A DNA stretch of 39,185 nt, filler included, from Vannella sp. (Eukaryota), in NCBI GenBank assembly GCA_023345925.1. It is 4 parts of 4 records of this genome, joined end to end, with 100 filler letters (N's around TTAATTAATTAA, not from the genome) between each part and the next. Parts side by side here need not be neighbours in the genome. Positions count along the whole stretch, not along the records: positions 1 to 12,037 come from JAJQQN010000616.1; 3 more parts are not named here. One strand, written 5' to 3'. The stretch's first letter is position 1; each line of letters opens with the position of its first letter. Below, in pieces: positions 1 to 10,700 of this stretch. A program made the position numbers and the translations under genes. The notes under the pieces were generated by a model that worked only from the letters and a program-made list of their open reading frames with translations, ran no database searches and was not told the origin of the DNA.

Positions 1-30
1 GTAAAACTAGCTCGTTTATGTAAGTCTCAC

Positions 31-76
31 ACATCCAAACCAGGCAAACTGCCAAACAGGCCACCACCAGTCTCAT
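31..76 (-). CDS. Probable first exon (signal-peptide-like) of a gene running off the contig start
   Basis: ATG at 76 reads MRLVVACLAVCLVWM, followed by a GTGAGA donor at 30. It diverges from the gene at 222. Confidence 0.4.
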
Positions 77-221
77 ATTGGGAAATGAACGAATTGTACC
101 ATAACAAAAAGTGTCCCAAAATTTCGGGCATTGGCCACATTTTTGACTTCAATCAACCACTCTGAGGAATGAATAAAAGGGGATTATTAAAACCCCCAAA
201 TTCAACCCATTTTCGGTATCC

Positions 222-976
222 ATGAGCGCGGAGCAGTGCCAGGCGATGTTGGAGGAGATTTTGGCGTTTGCACCGGTGTTGACTCCTCAGGTTTGTCCAA
301 AAGGATTCGAGGATGATGGCATGCTGCAGCTGTGTAGGACGGAAGAACAACAGGAGGATCTCACCTCTTCTTTGAGAGAGTTTCAAACGCAGACTGAATC
401 TTGCACTATCTGCAGCGCGCGTACAGGTGAGGACAATGAGGAGTCCCTCAAAAGCTATCAGAACGCTCGCTTGATCTGACAATGAGGTGAAGGGTTGTTA
501 GTCCCGGTTAGCGAGTGGGAAATCAGTTTCTCTTCAGCCTCGTACCGTCTGAAGCGACTTCAGTTGGTTTGTGACATGTGTTACCAAGTCACACACTTTA
601 CGAGCTCCTTCAGTGGGACGGTACGTTGCCCACTAGCTCCTCTCCCTTCACCAGAGACTGATCGCCCTTGATCGAGCAGAAAGATGCCGTTATCGCGCAC
701 TTCCTTACAGTCAACAGGATCGCCTCCATCAAGGCATCTGATGAGGTCACTTCGCAACACCGAAGCACCTTCCAGCAATGGATGTCGCTGGCGTATTCTT
801 TACAACTCTTTGCAAGCTACGTCCCCTTCACTGCAGTGGACCCGACAGGCGCCAAGTTCAATGATAGAAGTGACTTTAAGCAGATTGTACTTGCAGCGCG
901 AGCTCCAGGACTCGCCAAGGCGGCCCGGCACAAGAAAAGCCCCGGTTCCAAACGGCGCGTGGAAGCCAAGAAGTGA
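222..976 (+). CDS. Spliced hypothetical protein with a degenerate HNH-like zinc-binding domain (exons ~222-426, 487-620, 677/680-976)
   Basis: Introns 427-486 (GTGAGG...CTGAC..GAG) and 621-676/679 (GTACGT...CTGAT..AG) join three frames into ...CTICSARTGEGLLVPVSEWEISFSSASYRLKRLQLVCDMCYQVTHF...AVIAHFLTVN... Confidence 0.55.
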
Positions 977-1001
977 TGTAATACAAGGATGTATGATCCA
1001 G

Positions 1002-1958
1002 CTACTCGATAGGTATACCAGTCATTAGGTCAAGGAAGCTGAAGAACAGAACAGCTCCTCCGAATCGAGTGACAAAGCGTCCGAGTCTTGGCCAAACGCT
1101 TGGGTTCTTCTCAGCTTCTTTGGGGACAAGGAACTTGACTTCGAAGCTACCGTTTTCCATGCTAATGCTCGCAGGGGGGACAGACACATCCACATTCTGC
1201 TTGATAAAGATCAAAAGGTCGCCCATTTGGATGCGATCATTGCTGTTGTTAGCAGTTACTGTGACGACAATCTCCTCTACTCGGTCCTCCAGGATCTGCC
1301 GTGTGATGCGGAACACTTGGTTGTTCTCCGTTTTGGAGATAACGCTTTGTTTCGGTGGTGCAATAAGCAGGGCCGATAAGTGACATACGAGACCCATGAA
1401 CCAGATCCCAAACGCGTCAACAAACACAGGAGCTGGCTCTCCTTCTGAAATGGACTTGACATTGCGCATCACCAGCTGGCCATTGTCACGGTGAAGGTTT
1501 CCAATGACGAACACTTTTCCCTTCAGCGTGGATTGGCTTCGAGTCGTGGTGATCCCGTAAGCGTTCGAAGATCTATGAGAAGACACCCTTTCCGGTAGTA
1601 AGGTCGCACCTCTTGGCTCTACCCTGAGTTGGGGGCCGTCAGGAGCAAGTGGATCTATCAGGAAGAAGGCTTCATCAATCAATCTCACGGTTGAACGGGC
1701 CCGTAGTGTCGAGAGCTCCGTCTGTTCCCTCACCAAGACTGAAGAATCAGGGATGACCCCGCAAACATGATGAAATTTCCCCAAACTCGCTCGACCACGA
1801 GCAGCATCCTCAACTGACATGAGAAAGTAGGTCCTGTTCCTTTGTATAGTTATATAGAGCTTCCCTACTATCACAAACCAGACGCTCATCGCCGACAAGG
1901 TAACCGACACCGAATGCCTGGCATTCGCCCAGGACGGCAGCCGGGCGATCAACTCCAT
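1002..1958 (-). CDS. Membrane protein with a possible GIDE (MUL1/MAPL-type) domain and no RING
   Basis: 318-aa ORF with hydrophobic segments near both ends. The central FFLID..LRVEP.GA..GITTT..GKVFVIGNLHRDNGQL resembles the GIDE pattern. In-frame introns are possible. Confidence 0.45.
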   Translation of the reverse strand: MELIARLPSWANARHSVSVTLSAMSVWFVIVGKLYITIQRNRTYFLMSVEDAARGRASLGKFHHVCGVIPDSSVLVREQTELSTLRARSTVRLIDEAFFLIDPLAPDGPQLRVEPRGATLLPERVSSHRSSNAYGITTTRSQSTLKGKVFVIGNLHRDNGQLVMRNVKSISEGEPAPVFVDAFGIWFMGLVCHLSALLIAPPKQSVISKTENNQVFRITRQILEDRVEEIVVTVTANNSNDRIQMGDLLIFIKQNVDVSVPPASISMENGSFEVKFLVPKEAEKNPSVWPRLGRFVTRFGGAVLFFSFLDLMTGIPIE

Positions 1959-2053
1959 TAAATAATATATGCTTCAACGCTGTGAAATTTGACCCTCTTT
2001 TATTTCTGTGGGGACCTACTTTGTGTTCTTCTTCTTTTCCGAAGCCAGAAAAA

Positions 2054-2095
2054 TGGTCGACCAATCACGTGAGACCGGTCAGGAAGTCACTTCCT
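2054..2095. promoter_or_regulatory. Cluster of four palindromes, including an E-box CACGTG and a CCAAT, in a divergent promoter
   Basis: TGGTCGACCA (2054-2063), TCACGTGA (2065-2072), GACCGGTC (2073-2080), AGGAAGT-C-ACTTCCT (2081-2095), lying between ATGs at 1958(-) and 2148(+). Confidence 0.5.
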
Positions 2096-2147
2096 TCGAG
2101 GATCCTCTTTCCAGTCAGTTTGCCAAATTGATTGGAGTTGATAGAGC

Positions 2148-3452
2148 ATGTCTTCTCAAGAGTTTCATGGTGAGGTGCTGATCATGGCCTGCGGGTGCTG
2201 TGCTGATCGTTTTAGACTTGCAAGGGTCCATGCATGGGCTGAAGCAGATGAATCCGTTGAGCGCACACATTAGGTACTCCACTCTACCGCACTTCTCCCC
2301 TTTGGGTGTTGTTCTAATGGCATCAAAGCACCCACCTCATCTATGATGGAAACATGGGCCTTATGCAGAGTGACCTCTCCCAGCTTCACTACGCTTCTAC
2401 AACAAGTGAATTGAAAGAAGACAACGAAGAAGAGTAAGTACCTCTTCAGACGGGTGTCATCCGTCTGCTGACGCGCCGTTGCTAACCTCCTGCTTCTCCT
2501 CAGGTCTTGCGCTCCAGTTGAGGTCGATGGCGTTGTGAGTGGCCCCTCTATCAGAGCTCTCTTTGTCCATTCGTATTTATTGAGTTTCCTAGCACTACAA
2601 CAATCGCGGATACGAGATATGCGGACAGTTGAACCAACACAGCAAACCTTGCCAGCGCATCGGCTTCTGTCCCTTCCACAAGAAGGCTGAAGCAGAGGAG
2701 GGAACTCAAGAGCCGCCTTCATCAGAAACAGAAGTTACTGCTCTTGAAGAGCAGAATGAGAGCGACAGTGGAACAACTTCGTCTTCCCTTGTCGAGGAAA
2801 CCAGACCTCTCATGAAGAAGGCCCCGTTTAAGCGAGGATGGACGAAAGAGGAGCATTTACTGTTCCTCAGAGGACTTCAAATTCACGGGAAAGGAGCATG
2901 GAAGGAGATCTCCTTGCTAATTGTCACCCGGACACCCACTCAGATCCAAAGCCACGCGCAAAAGTACTTTCTTCGACAGAAACAAGAGGTGAAGAACAAG
3001 CGAAGCATCCACGACGTCTCTTTAGATGAGTTGACAGAGTTGTCTCCTTCAGAGACAGCTCGTTTGAGCAGCAAACTTGGCCAAATCCCTCATCTGAATC
3101 CGCATCTGAACCGGGGGCCTGCCTTCCCCTTTGCGATGATTCCACAATTACAGGATCCCTATAATATGAGTGAGTCTGCCCTATAAGTACACTGCATGAC
3201 GTTGCTCACCTCCTCGTAGTCCTCAACCCGCTCATGACTGCTGGTGTCCCGGCGGGCTTCCCAGTGTCCTACCCAACCCCCACATGGATCCCACAAATGT
3301 ACTCTTTCATGCCACAGTCAGAAGACCACCGCATCTTGGAGCTACAAGAGGAATCCCTTGGGCCCAAAAGCCCCTCAGACTTCCTCCCAACCCTGGGAGA
3401 CAAACGATCCTTCGAGGCCTTCTCTGCGATGAATCCGTACTTAGAGGACTAA
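2148..3452 (+). CDS. SHAQKYF-class single-repeat Myb transcription factor with an upstream CCCH zinc-finger motif
   Basis: Myb repeat WTKEEHLLFLRGLQIHGKGAWKEIS...RTPTQIQSHAQKYF...KRSIHD. Exons 2148-2169, 2216-2273, 2329-2433, 2504-2534, 2593-3169 and 3220-3452 are all phase-consistent with GT-AG introns. Confidence 0.9.
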
Positions 3453-3599
3453 CTTCCAGTCCTGTCCTCCGCACCACCAAGCCAGTCACTCAGCATTCTC
3501 ACGAACCTATCCAAAGCCTTCTTTGTGTGCTACAAGTGAATTAATTTTATATATTGCGCAATATCCTTTTTCTCCGATTCTGTCATTTGTTCAAGGGCG

Positions 3600-5534
3600 A
3601 TGGTGGACGAGGTTGCTGCGTCGCCCGTTTCTACAGGGGAAGTAGAGATCGAGGAAGAGGCGTTGATTCGCTTAGATCGTAGGTTACTTCGCTTTGCTTG
3701 AGTTAGAGGAGGGCTGGGCTGATAAAGGGCGTTTGCAGTCCTTCGGACGATCAAGTTGTCGCAGAACCAGTACGGCATTCGCCATGGCAGCTATCAACAT
3801 TACAGGTGAGTGGAGGAGTGAAGAGAAGGCTCCTTTTGGTGGCTCACACTCCTTCAAGGCACTACTGTACTCGAAAACTCGTGAGGTTGAGGAAGTCGCT
3901 CAAGTTGACCAACGGAGGCAAGAGATACACCAAGAAGGAGATCAAACCTGATTCAGTCACCTCGGAGCGTTACTTGCTTGTTCCTCTGTATCAGGCAGAG
4001 CGCGCTTGGGCTTATGCCATGCAGCTCAAGGACGAAGCTGGGCCTTCAGAGGTTCCCCCGCGGGTGTTCTTCCACTTAGTACGTCGCTTTAAGAAGGCCA
4101 TTACTTGGTGCCAGCTTCTAGCCACCTTAGCGGATGGGAGAGTGGACGACAAGACTCATTTGGAGATTGAGGTGAGTCTGCCTCTTTGCTTTCTGTCTGT
4201 GTCACTCATGATAGATTGCCTTAGGCCTATACATCATGGATGGCTGGTAACCTCTTGTTGGAGACTGAGCAATGGAATGAAGTGATCGAGAACCTCGTGA
4301 AAGCTCGAACCATCTACGAGCGGATGGCCAAGTTGGGCGATCCAGAGGAACAGGAGCTCTACAGAGATCGAGTCATAGAGATCGATACTTCCTTGCGCTT
4401 CTGCCACTTTAACCAGAACGGCGGGACGATCGATGACATCAAGACACTCGTGGACACCGCTCATTCCCAACAGAACACGACGTACGACTTGCTCAATGCC
4501 AAGCTCGAGAACGCTCTTCAAGAGACACGAAAGCGTCAGTCTACTGGATTGGACAAGATCCAATGGCGAGGCCGTACTGTACCGATCAAGTCCGATAAGA
4601 TTCGCTCCGCGCTTGTTAGCGCTGAGGACATTCGCACAGAGTTATCCAATGGTACTAAGAGCACCTCAGAGAAGCTTGTAACCTATGGAAACCTGTTCAT
4701 GGCGTACGGAGACACACTTGAAGCCATTCGAAGTGAGCAACGTCAGCTTGCCGCGAAGAGTGCCAACCAGAAGACTGCCAAGTCGGAGACTGAGGACGGC
4801 AACCACACGTACTTGATCAAGTACATCTCATACCTGAAGCTCACCAAGACTGTCGAGCGGAACGTTATCTTGGCGGAATCTCTCTCAGACAGCTTCTTGA
4901 CAGGAGGGGGAGGCAAGAGGGCCAAGCCTGATGAACTTGTACGAATCTACGATAGTCTGATACAGAACTACAAGGAGCTGGAGGAGATTGGAGAAGCTGA
5001 GGAGGTGGAGACGAAGAAGGCTTTGGTTGCCAAAGGACTCTCTTGCCGCGCCCTTCGATGCTACTACCTCGCTCTTACCTACATTAACAGCTACGAGTGG
5101 TCAAAAGGACTGGCTCTCCTCAATCGGTGCCTGGCGCATGCAGGAGCAGCAAAAGAGCACCATTTGGACTGTTCCAACATCGACAAGGCTGATGTCGCTG
5201 AGATGGACCGTCTGGTTCTCCGCATTCAGGGCGAAAAGTCTTTAGTCAAGGCCAAAGCTTATCTTGACACCCTCCAGGCAGTACGTACTCCCTCCTGCAT
5301 AGATCCGGTCTCACCCGACGACAGGAAGAGAAGCAGCAGACCAGTGGATCGCTCGCAGACAACCTGGATGTGTTCTCCACCGCCTTTGCAGACTCCCAAC
5401 AGCTTGCTAACTTCCCTCCCGAGTTCCGCCCGACCACGTGCAAACCAATCCTCTTCGACCTCGCCCACCTCGAGCTCGAGTTCCCCAGTCTCGAGCCTGC
5501 TCCCGAGAAGAAGTCCTTCTGGAAGTTCTGGTAA
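3600..5534 (+). CDS. SRP68: Signal recognition particle subunit SRP68
   Basis: QNQYGIRHGSYQHYRHYCTRKLVRLRK, AERAWAYAMQLK and C-terminal PPEFRPTTCKPILFDLA...KKSFWKFW*. Four introns, including 3806-3858 and 5281-5324; stop at 5532-5534. Confidence 0.92.
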
Positions 5535-5661
5535 CCAGAACGAGCACCAGAGAGCTGCAAGCCTTCTAAACTGGCCTTCCCACCCTTCTCCGCCCCTCCA
5601 TGATGGATGGTGTCCCAAAAGGGGCATTCTTTCGGGCTCCACTGGCGCGGGCGAGGGCGGG

Positions 5662-7689
5662 ATGAAGTTCCAGGTGGAGTTTGTGAATGAAGCGAACTTG
5701 GCCAAGCTGTTGGAAGACACAGAGGCCCCCAAAGAGTCGAAGGAGTCCAAAGGGAGGGAAACAGCTTCGTTGTTAGCTCGGACGATGAGCCGAAGTTCCT
5801 TCAAGAACTCGAAGAGTGGAGGGTCACTGAACGCTCCTATCCTTCACCCACGTCAGTTCCGCTACGAGATGGTGAAAGGCATTGATCTTCCCATCCACAT
5901 CCTCAACATCCATCGCGCATTGACAACTCTCGGTCTCCGCTTCGTTGATACGGCTCCCAACTTCGCCCTTCGCATGCGGCCTCACTGTGACGAGCAGACT
6001 GTTGTCCAGGGCCTCCGTTTCCCTGTCTACTTGCCCGAACGAGCCGCTGACATCGACGCTTTGCTCTTGGAAGCGAGCGCCGTCCTCAGCAAGTCATCTA
6101 GACGTAAAGGCTTTATCTTAGAGTACGTAATATCACCTACGGTGCGAGCAGAACGCTTCACAGCACTCATCAAAGAGAGCGGGACGACCGTCCGAACCCT
6201 GAAAGAAACGGCTTTCCTTCTCGCCTCGCAGATCCGCGACCAAAGCTTTGCGGAAGCCTTCGTAGAAGCAGGTGGGGTATCACACCTGTTGGAGCAGCTG
6301 CTCTTAGCACGAGGAAACACCATCGCATACACAGTTAATGCCTTGGGCGCCACCATTCAAGCCTCTTCTGCTGGGTTGGCAGCCTTCAAGGAGCTGGGAG
6401 GGATCACCAAACTCTTCCAATTCATCAATAGTCCGGTCTTACTGGCCGCCAGACGGGCTACGGAGGTCCTACACTTTGTGTGCGAGCAACCAGACCAACG
6501 GGAAGCTTTCTTTGAGGCGATGGTGGACCAGGACTATCACGGTCTTGTCTTAGTATTCGGAATCCTTGAGTCTGGAGACCTCAATACCCGCTTAGCTGCT
6601 CTGCGCATCGTCAATCAGTTACTGAGGTTTGCTCCCTCGGAGGAGGCGAAGCAGCAGATCCTCGCCCGCGCCAGAGACTACAACGTCAGCCTCTCATTGC
6701 AAAGATCTCTTTGCATTGCCACACCGGAGATGGTGGCTGCGTTGAGGCAGTTCGAGCAAACAACTGGAACGCACCTTTCCGAGTCCACTTTATCTTCCAA
6801 CGAGTCTCTGAAAGAGCGTATACTCGAGCTTGAAGCTCAATTAGCAGTTCTACAAGGTGTAGCACCTCCTGTTCAAGAGAATGCTGTCAAGGAGGTCACT
6901 AAAACTGCAGAACCTCAAGAGGAAGCTCCTCTGGATATTCTCCTGCCTCTGGAAGACGGAATCACGGAACCAGATCTCTCCTTTTCGGTTATTGACTTTG
7001 CAGAAGAGCTCCGACAACTGGAAAACCTGGATGACTTGGATACCGAGACGGCTGAGGAAGAGATTCTCTTAACTCCGCACTCTCCTCGTACAAAGCGCGC
7101 TTATACTGACTTCGAACATGTCCGAGCTATCAAGCTCTCATCGGAAGAGAACCAAGAGCAGGAATTCATCCCGCCAGCAGGTCTGCCGCCAGTGACTTCT
7201 TCGCCAGTATCTTCTTTGCCTGAGACTGATAGATCCCCAAAGGGAGAACTCTCAAACAGTCCTCTTTTAGCTGATCTTGAGAAAGAAGTACGAGCTTTGC
7301 AGCAGGAGAAGTCTTCCTTGGAGATTGAGAAATACCGTTTGGAGTTGAGCATTGGTCGTCTCCAAGCGGACCAAAATTCATCCAAAGACAAGAAGAGGAA
7401 GCTTCAGCAAGTGATTCAAAGCCTACAGCAGAAGAGACTGACTCTCCTGGAGGAGTGTGACCACGCTCATGCCGATCTAGCGCAGATTAAGGAAGAGTTC
7501 AAAAAGTTACCTGCCCTGGAAGGTGAATCCCCAGAACCAGAACCAAACATAGATATCGACCATGAGGACCTGGACGCATCCACCAAAACGCTCCGTTTGG
7601 AGAAACTAGTTTGCTCCTTAATCGAGCAGAAGCGCGTTTTGACGGCCAGGATCCAATCCCTTGAAAGTACAGAAGAACACAGCGACTGA
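5662..7689 (+). CDS. FHOD/formin-type GBD-FH3 (armadillo) domain protein with a coiled-coil tail and no FH1/FH2
   Basis: ATG at 5662 lies just after the SRP68 stop. DLPIHILNIHRAL...FALR...ISPTVRA resembles the FHOD N-terminal domain. SFAEAFVEAGGVSHLL...GNTIAYTVNALG resembles FHOD/ELMO armadillo repeats. The C-terminus is heptad-rich. Confidence 0.65.
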   Translation: MKFQVEFVNEANLAKLLEDTEAPKESKESKGRETASLLARTMSRSSFKNSKSGGSLNAPILHPRQFRYEMVKGIDLPIHILNIHRALTTLGLRFVDTAPNFALRMRPHCDEQTVVQGLRFPVYLPERAADIDALLLEASAVLSKSSRRKGFILEYVISPTVRAERFTALIKESGTTVRTLKETAFLLASQIRDQSFAEAFVEAGGVSHLLEQLLLARGNTIAYTVNALGATIQASSAGLAAFKELGGITKLFQFINSPVLLAARRATEVLHFVCEQPDQREAFFEAMVDQDYHGLVLVFGILESGDLNTRLAALRIVNQLLRFAPSEEAKQQILARARDYNVSLSLQRSLCIATPEMVAALRQFEQTTGTHLSESTLSSNESLKERILELEAQLAVLQGVAPPVQENAVKEVTKTAEPQEEAPLDILLPLEDGITEPDLSFSVIDFAEELRQLENLDDLDTETAEEEILLTPHSPRTKRAYTDFEHVRAIKLSSEENQEQEFIPPAGLPPVTSSPVSSLPETDRSPKGELSNSPLLADLEKEVRALQQEKSSLEIEKYRLELSIGRLQADQNSSKDKKRKLQQVIQSLQQKRLTLLEECDHAHADLAQIKEEFKKLPALEGESPEPEPNIDIDHEDLDASTKTLRLEKLVCSLIEQKRVLTARIQSLESTEEHSD

Positions 7690-7740
7690 GTGTAGTTGAC
7701 ATCAATAGAATAGCATTTATAGAGAGTTGGCCCTCATCAC

Positions 7741-10700
7741 TTACTTCCACACTTTGATGACGCCATCTCTAGAACAGGATACTAAGACAGTGGCCAAGTC
7801 AGGATCCGGCGTTTCAACAGAGATAAGATCTTGGATGCTATCACGATGCCCACTGGGAGGTGCTGTGAAGGCACGAGGAATGTTGGATGCTTGCCGTTGG
7901 ACCGTATGCTCCTGAATGAGCTGGACACTGTGTTCTTTCGAAAATGGATAGACAGTCGAGTCAAAGAGAGGCTCCTTCGCTTTGTCCCGCCAATCCCCTA
8001 AAACAGCGCTTTTCTTGGGACGCTCCCTGTCCCAAAAGCGGATATGAGAGTCAGCTGATCCAGAAAGGAAGCCGCTTTGGTTTGGAAGTGTTAACAGAGC
8101 AAGAGAGGTGGCAGTCTCTTCTACTTTCTGTTTCCAGTTAACCCGTTGAGCATAGGAGAGGGGCGAGTCTCTAGGAGAGTCACGAGGTAGTCTCCAGGGA
8201 TCCCCGCCAATGCGGAATACTTGGTCGTACATTAAGCTGATTGGGTCCCAACGGAATATCTCAGACGAGCCCACCGAGGCCAAAAAGCGAGGTTCTTCAC
8301 TTCTGCTTGAACAGAGGCACATTCGGTGAATGGGAGAAAAGTTGGGGTGGGACCAATGCTTATTCTCCAGTAGCAATCGGAAGTCCCAGAGAGAGTATGT
8401 CCCACGAGAGGTTCCCACAATCCCCCATTTCTGCGTCTGATGAAACAGGAAGCTTCTGGCTGAACCATGTTGGGGTTCCACATTGGCACGGAAAACCGGC
8501 TCTTTTTCTCGCAAGTCCAACCCGAACAGATTCCCGTTCGCTGTGCATGCAAGGAAAGACCACTCGTCCATTGCAACGATATCTACCAACCGTGACTGAA
8601 GCTGGAATAAAGGAAAGCTTGTCCCATCCTCTGATAGCCTTGAGATAGCTCCACTGTACTCTCCAACGAGGAATCCCAAAGGATCTTGTGCAATAGAACA
8701 TACCGATGTAACTGGGGATTCAACTGAGACCGTAGTTTGACTCAACGACCAAGGTTGAATCAATCCTACTGCGCTCCACAACTTGACAGTTCGATCATCA
8801 GATCCTGAAGCAAAGAAGCGCCCATCCTTGCTCGCAGCCATACGATTGATACAACCCGAATGCTCGGACAGCGTTGCTATCAAAGTTCCATCAGGGCGCC
8901 ATCCTTGTATGGGTTGAGGAGCATTGACACTCTCTGCCCTCTTCCTCCCCACAGAAGAAGCGGTTGCCAGTCTACTGATGGGAGAATCTAGAATGCTTGG
9001 GACAAGAACTGAAGACGTTACCTTTGGAAGGGAGCGGGGAGAGGGAGGGCGGCCCATCAATTGATAGTTATCCGGCTCAGAGATTCCCATTAGTGGCGCA
9101 CGAAGGGCGGGAAAAAAGGTAACTGAGCTTGCAATGAATGGCTTGAGGAGAGAAAGAGCCTCTCGGTCACCAGAGTGCATCAAACTACTCTGGTGCGATA
9201 CAAAGTCATCAAATAGTGCAGTTGCCTCATCTCTGGTGTCTCCCAGGCACTTAACAGTCGAAGGTCCAACGGAAATGAGGCTGCGGCAATAAGCCAATGC
9301 CTTCTGATATACAGAGTAAGAAAGCGGTTCTTTCGCATTATCAAAAAGTCGCTGGGGCTCGCAAGAGACCAGCTTATTGCAAAGGAAAGGTTCAATAGCT
9401 GGTAGGAGGAACGTCCAAATGTCTGCAGGACGGATGGAGTTGCTGCGAGAAAGCTGACTAAGTAAATAGGACACATTCTTTCGGATTGTGTGGCTTGGGT
9501 GAACCAAAAGTGGGCACACTGCCTCAACCACCCTAAATAAGAGCGATTTGTTCATAACCCCAGTTGATTTGGAGAGAGTGGAGAGAGTTCCGTTGATTAC
9601 TAGCTCCTGAGGATCATAAAGGCTTCTCAAGAGAAAGGGAAATACACATTTCTGGCTCGGAAGGTCTCCAATAAAGGTACAAAGGCTTGGTAATACATTA
9701 AAAACTCGACAGCGAACTTCCCAGGTTGGGCCACTCTCTAAAAAGTCTTTCATCAGAGGGATAAGAGCATCGATTGTCAGCTTAGGGCCAAGGAAATGTG
9801 AAAGAGAATCCATGCTTTCCAACAAGATGCTCCTGATGAACGCTTTACTCTGCAAAGCACTTACACCCTTCACACCTGTGGCGTTCCCCAGATCTTGGAT
9901 AGCCTTGATAAAGAACTGCCTGAGGAGGGACCACTTGTCATCTAAGTCTGAGAATTGCTGGCTTGGTTGGGAAATAAACATGGACTCTGATAGATTACTG
10001 GAAGCATCTAAGAACCCACTGGCTATCTTAGCCAGTTGGGCAATGTTCTTGGCGTAACTGCACAGAACCAGCGTATCTGAATGTCTTGAAAATGGCTCTA
10101 AAGAGGGAAGAATGTACTCTGGGAAGATCTGAATGTCACTGGGAGGGAAAGTGTCAACCATGCCTAGCACTTGCACAAGAGTAGAGATTGCTGCGGACTG
10201 GACGACAGCGCTTGTTCCCTGAAGTAAGGAGACCAGATAAGGTACGATTATCTGCAACCTGCATTTGTCATCTAAACATCCAGAGAACTGAATGAAGAGC
10301 TCCAATGCCTCCACGCGGATGCTATCTGAAGAGATGTCATGGAGAGATGCGCACACAACAGAAAGTACAATTCCAAGCCCCGGAACCTGGCCCAGCTGAT
10401 GTTTTGCCGGATCATGTGATGCGGTTGGACGAGAAGAGGGCACCTCATGCTCTTGAAAGAAAGTGGAGGTCCCCAACTGCGACGCATAGAGATCTTCCAG
10501 TGCTCCTGTGTGCCTAATACTCAACACAAAACTCTCAGTATCTCTTAGACACTTTGAAGTGGACAAAAGCTCATCCGAAGACATTCTCAATCGCGAAACT
10601 GTCCGTTCCTGATAAGGAGAGTCCACAGAATGGTGGCCAGAAACATGAGAAGGCTGGTGTGGTTGGATGTTCAGCTTCAGCCAGGAGATGTCCTGGCTGA

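Noticed and set aside
4240..7689. 1149-aa ORF suggesting an SRP68-armadillo fusion protein
   Set aside because: A 44-nt intron (5281-5324) shifts SRP68 into another frame carrying its conserved KPILFDLA end and a stop at 5534. The linking S/P-rich stretch is off-frame read-through, and the second gene has its own ATG at 5662.
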